Source: Microbotryum violaceum
Lineage: Eukaryota
NCBI GenBank assembly: GCA_001244265.2
Contig: CDLV01000015.1
Span: forward strand, 248,001 to 312,000
Direction: 5' to 3'
DNA: 64,000 bases
In this document: piece after piece, positions 52,564-64,000 of the stretch
Position numbering within the stretch: the stretch's first letter is position 1
Layout: each line of letters starts with the position of its first letter
Notes under the pieces: generated by a model
The model's database searches: none
Seen by the model: only the letters and a program-made list of their open reading frames with translations
Told to the model about the DNA's origin: nothing
Translations under genes and position numbers: made by a program

Positions 52564-52617
52564 GAACTCTCGCTGACTGACGCGGAAAGGCGCGCAGCCT
52601 CTCGCTACCTCTCGTCG

Positions 52618-53263
52618 TGCGCGCGCGAAACTCATGGAGCCGATATGGAAAAACGCCGTATGTCTGCAAAGACCAAATTTACCTTGCACCGTGAATGGTG
52701 TGAGATTCGCAAAGTACTTTACTCCTATTTCCTTCTAGCATCATGGCCCCTGTGCCTCTACCTTTATTCTCCTTTAGACCCGGCCTTTGCCGTCTATCTT
52801 CCGCCTTCTGGCCAGACGCGCGCACTTGCCCCCAACTAGCGGGTCCCGCGTGCTTCTCTCTCTCCTGCTCAAGCAACTTCTTGGTCTGGTCTCCCTTGGT
52901 CCGTCGATCAGAGACTTACCACTGCTTGAGCAGGTCTGTGCGTTGCTTCAACATCACAAATGGCTCCCTTCTGATTTCAATCAGCATCGATTGGAAGTGT
53001 TGTTATTCTTGCCAGCCCCTTCACAACTAACTACACGCAAAGCTACCTTGCGCCTTAAATGCCTCCCTTCTGATTCCGCATCGCTTGAAATTGCTGGCTT
53101 TTTTGGCTGTGTAGTCCAGTTGTGAAGGGGCTGGCAAAAGAAATAACAATTTCAATCGATGCCGATTGAAATCAGAAGGGAGCCGTTCACGGTGCAAGGT
53201 AACTTTGGTCTTTGCAGACATACGGCGTTTTTCCATGTGGGCTCCATGAGTTTCGCGCGCGCA
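52618..53263. mobile_element. MITE/foldback-like element with ~155-bp inverted arms; left arm interrupted by a solo LTR
   Basis: 52618-52698 plus 52964-53036 is the reverse complement of 53109-53263. Confidence 0.8.
52699..52958. mobile_element. 260-bp solo LTR with perfect 5-bp target-site duplication
   Basis: TGTGA...TCACA termini flanked by AATGG at 52694-52698 and 52959-52963; the empty site is preserved in the opposite MITE arm. Confidence 0.9.
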
Positions 53264-53902
53264 TGTGTAAGCCCTCCCAAACGGAGGGGCGTCGAGCTTA
53301 CTCTCGTCGCAAGTCGCAAGCTCGCGCAACTGCACACACTGCCAAGGGCACTCCACTGTGCCCAAGGAGGCTCAACTTTTCAGCGGCGAGGGTACTCCGT
53401 AACAAATAAAGGGATTCGATCTCTAGACAGGACTATCGTAGCAGCTTTGACGACGAAATCTTGTGAGACTCTAAGCTTTCATCGCATAGAGAGGCCAACA
53501 ATCCGAATTAGGAGTAGAGAAGGCTCACATTCTCAATCAAGAGTAAGGAATAATTCAATCAGCGGGAAAGAATAATACAGACATTACTGCAGCGTCATCG
53601 TCTCCCGGCAACGACCAAGAATACCCTCGTGATCCGATCGATACATATCACGAAGGGCGAAGGACAAGGGCAAGCATATGACCTCTTACGAGAATCGAGT
53701 TGCAGAAAGAAAAGAGGGGAGCAAGCCCTGAAACTGGGGAGCTTGGTCAGGGGAGGCGGCGCTTGAGTGGGCGGTGCTCGATCTGCCGAATGTAGCAATA
53801 GCAGACGGTCGAGCTCGAGAGCGAAAGTCTCGGAGTCGAGACCATAGCGAAGGAGACGAAAGGTGAATTGGGCACAGCGCGACGCGAGAAGCGTGGTGAT
53901 GG

Positions 53903-56174
53903 TTACGCGGGAAAGGCAGACGCGCGCGGAGTCCAAAGTCGAGACACCACTTCCAGTATCTCCCGCAATTTCGCCTGGACGGCGGCCATCTTTTGCTTGT
54001 TTGCGACCGTGACCTCGGCCTCGCTTGCCCCTCGAGGACCAAGATCGAACGGAAGGGTGCACATCATACGCTCCACAAAGCCGTGCATCTCCGGGCCGAG
54101 CTTTTCAAAATCTTTAAGGAACAGTTTGTGCAAGATGGGGTACTCGCCGTTCCCCCATAGCTGAGTGCGGGCGAGATCCATCGGCAACACCGGACGCCGC
54201 CGTCGACCGCGGCCACGGGGGCGAAGGTCCAGTTCTATCCATAAGTCGGCAGAGAAGCAGCTGCCGACGAACTCGTCCAGAACGAACAAGAACCAATAGA
54301 CCGCTGACTCGAAGTCGTGGTGCAGGGCATGCGAAGGGAGCTTGCTGTACTGCGCACCACCCAGCAAGAGCCAGGAGCGAACCTCCCAGGATACGGTCGC
54401 GCGCGTGAATCGGATCGAACCGGCGTCTTCGGCAGCGACAGGAACCTGTTCACCCGGCTGGGAAACGATGCCTGTCTCCCAGTCGACCAGAACAAGGTGT
54501 CCTTGGTATTGGAGGATGTTGCCGATCGACAAATAGCGATGGTGGATGCCGAGATCGAAGAGCGCAGGCAGAAGGGTGAGAAGCTGGTCGAAAACTTGGC
54601 AAAACTGGGAGTGTGCGCTGCTGAGCGCGGACATCGTCGAGGGGCGCAGGTAAAGGAGTAGGATTGCGCACGACGACCACATCAAGTGTGTGCCGAGGCG
54701 AGTCTCGCAGTCGTTGTTTGGAGTCTTCCGAGTCCAGGAGTATGGGCAGGGCGCTGTCCTCCATTTGCGATCGATGACGACCGAGCGACTTGGCCTTCTC
54801 GAGGAGCGCGACATGTCTTTCGATGAGCTGCGCCGATGCCGACGGAGCCTCGGCTGCGCAGCGCTCGACGATCCTGTTCAGCACATCCGCTTCGTGTCCG
54901 ACAAAATTCGGCGTCGTGAGCTGGATCTTGACCACGAACGAGGGCTCTAGGTAGTCCGTCGATACCGCTGGGGAGCAGGTTACCAAGCTCGGGCGCGTGA
55001 GCTGAAATGTGACCGTAGACCGCCCAAAGACGGAGCTGCCGTTGGCGACTGTGGAGTCAACGAGCCTGACGGGTTCCTCGGCGATGAACTCGACGGTGCG
55101 ACCGACCAGGGGGGCGTGTGCTTCGAGCTCGGACGGTCGAAGATATCTCGTACACAATGCGACGGGGGCAATGCCGGTCTCGAGGCCGCATGCATAGCGA
55201 AACAGAGGTGACAGTCCGGCCGAGTAGACGTCCAGCCCGAGTAGAACGGAAAGCACCGAAGCGAGCTCGCCAAAGCCCTCGCCCCAGCAGTCCGAGATGA
55301 TGGCGATTCGGCACCCCTCGTGATCGAGGACGACGAGGTAGGCTGTGCCATCATTATGGATGGCGAAGCGAGGCGCATACATGCGTGCCGGTTGCGTGAG
55401 CACATCCCGTGCCAGGTCGAGCACGACATTGACGAGAGGGTGTGGGGTTTCACGCGAATCATCTTCCGAGTCGCAGGCTTCAAAAGCCAACGGGACGAGC
55501 GTAGCCCGCGCGGTCGATCCCCCCTTCGCCGAGGTCAGCCCGTTGCAGCACGTCAAAAAATGGTGGTGTTCGATCAGATCAGGGCTGCCGGGGTGGCATA
55601 GGTTGGATAAACGAGCACACCGTTTTGCATGTGCGAGCGTCAGATGTGGCTGCCGACCACGCGCACCGGATGCCTGTGCCGTCAATGAGTCGCGAACCGA
55701 GTTCTTTGAATCAACGTCCTCGCATACGACCTCTGGAATGACTAATACTGGGGATATGGCACTCACAAATTGCGCAAGTGGTAAGACCCAGTCTGCCATC
55801 CTTTGCTCGATCGGTCGCCTGCAGTCCACGTCGAACATGGCTCGAAGCGCTGATCGGCCAACTTGAGCGAGAGCTTCTTGCGCCTGTTCACTGAATTGGG
55901 TTGGCTCAATCCCAAACTCCGAGTGCACCAAGCCGGACGTGCTGCATATCACGATGCGTGGGATGATCTCAGACTCGATGAAGGCCTGATCGACGTCTTC
56001 ATTCAGCTCGGGCAACAGAAGCCTCTCGATCATACCATCGTAGGCTCGGTTGCGAGGGGGTGCGTATTGACTTTGGGACGAGGGGCGGTCAGAGTACTGC
56101 GATATCTGCAGCAATGAATCCAACGACGTGTCCGAGGGCGCGGGTGAAGGCGGGGTCCATGAAGTTGGCTTCAC
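53903..56174 (-). pseudogene. Fungal-type (FunK1 / Pkinase_fungal) kinase pseudogene or pseudokinase
   Basis: VFGRSTVTF, FVVKI, IHHRYLSIGNIL (HRD changed to HRY), LVDWETG, HALHHDFESAVYW. The 574-aa and 303-aa ORFs are offset by a frame change at about 54600-54635. Confidence 0.75.
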
Positions 56175-56806
56175 AGGCGAGGGGGGCTGTGCGGGCTGTG
56201 GCGTGTCAGAAGCGGCGCAGCGAGCCGTGCGAGCCGTAGATTAGCAAGTCTGCAACTCGAACCGAGTCTGGCGGCAGTAATGGTATCTGTACGAATTTCC
56301 TCTCTAGCCGGCTCGTCGAATACATTGAGTGGGGATGCGACACTCAGCGCGAAGCAAGCCGGTGAAGGTGACTCAATCTCGTGCTCCATGTTCAATGATG
56401 CGCACTTAGCACTGCTTCGAGTCTGGCGTTTGCTGGCCAGTGGGCGGTCATCAACCAGAGGACGAGGCCGAAGGCATTTTTTGTTGACCATGCTTGCACG
56501 ATAAGCCGGGGTATGCAGGCGATGCAGGCGATGCAGGGCTGTGTGGGTTGAGAGGAGGAACTGCGCGGCTCGGCGGCGGCACGCGGCCGATGACAGGTTG
56601 CTCTATGCGCGCGACGGGACCGAACCAGACCGAACCCCGCCAGTCACCAGCTGCCGGGCTGCCAGCTGGATGAATGACCTCGCGGGACCGCGCACTGCCG
56701 GGCGCACAGTGGCTACACCGAGCTCTAAGACCAACTTTTGGAGACGATATACGAATCGCACTACTGTAATGCCCTTGAAAGAGGATTTGCAATCAGGCCG
56801 ACCACT

Positions 56807-57112
56807 GGGTCCGCATCAGATCTGATCTGATCTGATCTGAAACTGATCTGACAGGGGTCAGATCAAGTCCAGATCACTCAGGCCTCGAGGAAAAAAATCC
56901 AGAAGTAGGCGGTACCTAGATGGTGTCATTGTGATTTGGATCATGCCATCTGCCATCGAGACATGTAGACGTCTCTCTGCGCCAAATAGAGCAATCTCAT
57001 GTCAGATCAAATTGATCTGTTCAGATCAGATCATGGTCAGATCAAGGCAGAATCAGAAAAATTCAAATCAAATCTGATCTGATCTGGCGGTGATCTGATC
57101 TAATGCGGACCC
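56807..57112. mobile_element. MITE with GGGTCCGCAT termini and GATCT/GATCA subterminal pentamers
   Basis: GGGTCCGCATCAGATC... and ...GATCTAATGCGGACCC, with many pentamer repeats on both sides; no TSD seen. Confidence 0.75.
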
Positions 57113-57463
57113 TTGTGAGGCATCCGAGGAACAACCTACCACGAAAAGTTCGGGCACAGTGAACATGGTCGCGAGGGTATTCTATTGAACCGTCCAAGAA
57201 GTCTGGTACAGCAGTACCTTCTTTCTCCCACCCAGTCTGACCGAGTGCAAAACGTCAAGACGAACCTTGGTCTCGGGCATTTCGAGGCTGAAAGTCGGGA
57301 AACACTACAACGAAAAGTTCGGGAACACATAATGTGGTCATGAAACTCTTGTAATAGACTTCATCGAACCGTTCAAGAGGGTTGGAACAGCAGTACATGT
57401 TTTCTATCTCCCACTCAGCCCGACCGAGGACCGAGGGTACAAACGTCGAGACGGACCTTGGTC

Positions 57464-58094
<631 letters not shown>

Positions 58095-59479
58095 TGATCT
58101 CGGAAGTTTCGACAGTGAAAGTCGGGCAACACTACAACAAAAATTTCGGGCACCGTATACATGGTCACGCAGCTACCTGGATATATTTTATTGAACCCTC
58201 CAAGAAGTTTGGAACAGCACTACATGTTTTCTATCTCCCTCCCAGCCCGACTGAGGGTTCGTGCGAGGATGCCGAGTCGGGAGGTCGAGTCGGAAAGTCT
58301 TTTGCCCCCCCCCCCCCAAAGTCAAACACGGGGTTCCGCAAGGGTTCAGTTGACACCATGACGGAAGCCGGGTCAGGGGAGAATACTCGACGGATGCATC
58401 TCGATGAACGAGCTGCCTCGAGTCAAGCCCTCAAATACCATCTCATACCTTGGGTAGGGGCGGTAGGCGCAGCGTGCCGTTGAGTTCACCCGATGCTCTT
58501 ATTTTGAGTCAATCGAAAGTGTCTTTGAAGGCCGGCATGAGGCTCAACTTGATTGTTAAGCACGCTGGGGACAATAAAATTAAGATTAATCGAGTTAGCA
58601 TCCAATGTACTATGAGACTGGAGGGTGGATTATGAACACTGAGGTCGCTAGCCCGATAAAGGGGCGATTGTCCCGATTGCGCGTACTTCAGTCCGCAATG
58701 TCATGTGCTAGACTTTCTGAGGTGCATCTGGTACAGCTCAGTGATACCTGAAGTTGGGCACAATCGCCGATCGGCGATGCCCCAACCTCATCGTGCATAC
58801 AAGCCCGAGCTAGACGCGTCTTGAAGAGTGAAGCATTATAGGAGCGCATTCGAGTGGCGTTGTCCCTTTTCAAGCGGCGTGCCTCTTCCGTATGCACTTA
58901 TTTTCTCAGTCACGCAGTTTCGTATGCCAAAACCAAAATAAGTCACACTTATAGCGCAAGAATATATTCTCACCGGTCACCGGAAGGTTCCACTGATACA
59001 TGATTACTTCGAGAGCGCTCGGCGATTCCGCACTGGCGTCCTTCACAGTGTTTTTTTCAGAACACAGACACAGAAGGCGAGGTAGGCAGAATAAGACAGA
59101 ATGAAGTCGTTAGGTAGTAGTATTGGCAGCAGCTACAATTCTCGCTCTGGTGTTTCTGATTACTTGCCTTCTGTGCGAGACGGTCCGCCGGTCTCGAACG
59201 ATCCCTCCCGAGTGGAGTGCGTTGCAGATGCTTGTGACTGATCAGACCAAGAGATGACTTCTTCGCGTTGAGTGTATGGTATAGCTACATTGCATTCGGT
59301 TAGAAATAACGAGTGTAATACATTTCTGATGCGCCAAAACATTCTTGAACTACATTTTTCACAACGATGGTCGGCTACTAGATTCGTCTTGGGCGAGCCA
59401 GTCAGAGAGCGGAAATCGCCAAGGTGCAAACCCCCCGTTAACATAGACAATCATCTTGTATTGAGAAAGAAGTTTCGGC

Positions 59480-60150
59480 CTGTTGAGCCAAGTCTTCGGG
59501 TTGCTTGACATACCGACGCCTTCTTGGTCCCGTTTTGTTTGGAGTGCACCGGCTAGTCGAGATAGTCGAGAGAAGGGCAGAAAGGGAGAAGGGTCAAGAG
59601 TCCAGATCGACCGGAATCGGTCCGACATTTGACGGGACGCGACGCGACAAACAGCACTCACCAAATGCTTGCTGCACCAATTGACGGTACCAGATGCTGA
59701 GATCTCGAAATTTCAATTTCTTGTCGTAAACGTCGCCGGCCCAGACTGCAGTGGAGTAGATGGCCCGCAAGGGTCAGCAAGAACGAAGAGGGCGGTGAGC
59801 ATAGTCGAAGCGCGTGGTCAAGTTGGAATCTCCACCGCGAAACTACTAGTAGCTGCATCGGTCCATTGACTCCTCGAATGCCTCATGGCTAGTGACGACT
59901 TTGGTGAAGCGCTTGACTATATCAAGTTCTTGGTCAGGTGCAAACCAGCCCATGCGTTCAGAGAAAGCCTCTGGGAATGCGTCGCACGAGTGGCTTCAAC
60001 GACTGACCGCGCATGCCCTCACTTCGTGTCCTGTCGCACAGGCCTAGGCCAATTTGTCTACATCATGGCTCGAGTCTGTTTGTCATATTTTCAGACCTCA
60101 TTCTCCCACTTGAGCACTCATATTAATCCTCTTCTCCAACAGATCGTGAC
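59480..60150 (+). pseudogene. Possible degenerate coding relic
   Basis: ORFs 59669-59869 and 59885 onward share a frame separated by a single TGA; no family recognised. Confidence 0.2.
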
Positions 60151-60704
60151 CCTGGAGTTCCTTCGATCGGTTGTACGACCGTGGTCTCTGCTCTCTGGCA
60201 TCGGCTTTTCTCACCAGTTCGTTCTCGATCTCGTTCTCGCATCCGTCAGTGTTCCCAATTGCAATCAAAAAGGTCCACATTCGTTTCTGTGTACCACTTC
60301 ACTGCAAGCCGTTAACCTTTCTCGTAGCCGAGAGTCCACTTTAAGGACCACAACGATTTTTACACAAGTGCTGACACCCCATTCCTCAATCAAGTTTTGC
60401 GAATACGAAATCATCAAGATTGCACATTCTTTCAAACGAGAGGTCACATACAATCAAGAAAGAGAAAGAAAAGGGGTAAAAGCCAAAGGAGCTGAATGCT
60501 ACAGCAAGGGAGCGGGTTCAACACGATGTACCAGAGCAAAGAGGGGGAGGAAGAAGAAATGACAAAACGTTCTGTTGCGCGGAAGAGGGGGGAAGATTGT
60601 CTAGCCGATACCAAGAGCCAACAAAGGGGGTAAAGGTGGTAAACAAAGAACAAGGGAAGAAAAAGCAAAGATAAGATCGAAAGGAGGAGGGTACCCTTCG
60701 TCTT

Positions 60705-62587
<1,883 letters not shown>

Positions 62588-62787
62588 AGTTCGTTCGTGG
62601 GCTGAGAGGAAGGAGGAGAACGGATGGAAAGGGGCTGAGAGATGAGAATCAGGGATGAGGGGGAAAAGATGAAAAGAAAATATGGGACGCGACGCGCGTT
62701 TGGCCGGGCCGGATAAATGGCGCTGGCTGGTGCTGGGCCACGGCGGCGGGCCGGCAGGCTTTGACGCGTCGAAAACGATTGCTGCCG

Positions 62788-62842
62788 GGTTCCGACGCGC
62801 TTTTTGGTTCCGACGCGCTTTTTGGTTCCGACGCGCTTTTTG
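62788..62842. repeat. 18-bp tandem repeat x3 (GGTTCCGACGCGCTTTTT) upstream of GMD
   Basis: Directly visible; each unit contains an ACGCG core. Confidence 0.92.
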
Positions 62843-63351
62843 TTCTGTCGATGCGATCGGGGTGTACTTACAAAGCCAACTTACCCCGGATTGTACCACC
62901 GATCGAGCCTAGCAGATGGCGATCGGGAGCAGGCCACACACTACTAGCAGTCTTTTCGCCCGCCACTCTTTTGGACTAGTATTGGGCCATACGACCGGCA
63001 TGCTCGCTCTCCGAATTTCGATCGAGAGGTCCAACCGGCAACCCCGCCCCCCTGGGCATCTCACTCGACCAGGTATTATTCAGTCGACATGTAATTGCTC
63101 ATTCATTTAGAAAACAATCCTCTACGACCTAGATCGTGGGTTATTGCTTCTGGAAAACCTAGGTAATAGGTCAAATCCAAAATCCAAAAGAGCTGACCCT
63201 GGCTGATCGGTCCAAGAGGTCCAAGCGGTAGTGCGCTGTGGTGGAACCTTCCATGCCTCGCACCGACCGCTCTCGCTCGCTCGCCCCCTATGCCCCCCGC
63301 CCCGGCGCCGCCCCCTACCACCACCGCGCTCCCTCAATCGAACACCAAAAA

Positions 63352-63908
63352 ATGGCCATCTTCCCACCACGCCAACCCCCACCACGCATCAAGCTTCCCC
63401 CCGTCCCCGTCTCCGCACTCCCTCAAACAGTCCTCCCAACGCCCTTGTCGAGGGGGCTTCAGTTGGGCGCGTTCGCTTTCACTACCGGTACGTTAGGTAT
63501 TGAAGTGTAGTTGCACTATGGGGATCTTTGAAGTTCGAGTACTGATGCTTTAGTTGTTGGATGCTGGGTTGTGATAGGTATCACCTTTTACGCGGTGCTG
63601 ATCTATGATTTCGGCGAGAAGGAGCATTGCTTCATGCCCGTAAGCTCTCTAGCATCCCACCCACCCCACAATCAAAGCACCATCCACCCCGCCCTACAAC
63701 ACTCATCCCTTTCTTCTCCCACCAGATCCGCCGATGGTTCGACGCCCAAACCTCGGGTCTCTTCACGCTCAGTGATCGAGAAAGAGCGGCAGTCGATCCG
63801 AGGGTTAGGGCCACACCGCTTCCTGGAGCGGTCGAACGGGACAATATGGTCAAGCCTGATCAAAGGACACCGATCGAGTACTTCAAGGAGAGGGAGAATG
63901 AGCGTTGA
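63352..63908 (+). CDS. Small single-pass membrane protein, function unknown (3 exons; alternative start at 63253)
   Basis: Spliced LQLGAFAFTTGITFYAVLIYDFGEKEHCFMPIRRWF: a TM helix followed by a DFGxxEH motif, with canonical introns. Confidence 0.7.
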
Positions 63909-64000
63909 GGAAAGGTTGTGTGATTGTTCGTAAAGCATTGTCCCCGTTCTCGTGTTGTAATCTCAGGCTTTAGTCTCAACTCCCCCAATCTATGAAGCTT

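Noticed and set aside
58662-58769. Short imperfect inverted repeat (GGCGATTGTCCC / GGGCACAATCGCC)
   Set aside because: Too short and imperfect to call an element; no TSD.

Overview
Intron-rich fungal nuclear DNA, with GT..AG introns of about 60-330 nt and CTRAC branch points. Gene content and intron style point to a basidiomycete, probably a Pucciniomycotina/Microbotryomycetes yeast; this is inference only. I reconstructed 19 spliced genes by eye. In order they are: thymidylate synthase, a TFIIIC-subunit-6-like AT-hook protein, TRAP-alpha, COX13, SDE2, two low-complexity hypotheticals, a HOL1-like MFS transporter, a LYR-motif protein, a coiled-coil hypothetical, a Mit_KHE1 protein, an Ulp2-like SUMO protease, a fucosyltransferase-motif Golgi enzyme, ERV46, a cyclopropane fatty-acid synthase, a PAPS-transporter/sulfotransferase fusion, an 8-exon Grg1-family microprotein, GDP-mannose 4,6-dehydratase (GMD) and a small membrane protein. 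Two transposon-relic zones, about 22-26 kb and 50.9-60.2 kb, contain solo LTRs, MITE-like inverted repeats, tandem arrays and a frameshifted FunK1 kinase. The most interesting signal is an apparent single gene joining an SLC35B2/PAPST1-like transporter to a WSCD-like lumenal sulfotransferase. It lies within 30 kb of a fucosyltransferase-like gene and GMD, which suggests a candidate fungal pathway for sulfated, fucosylated glycans. All gene models are manual, and no database search was run.
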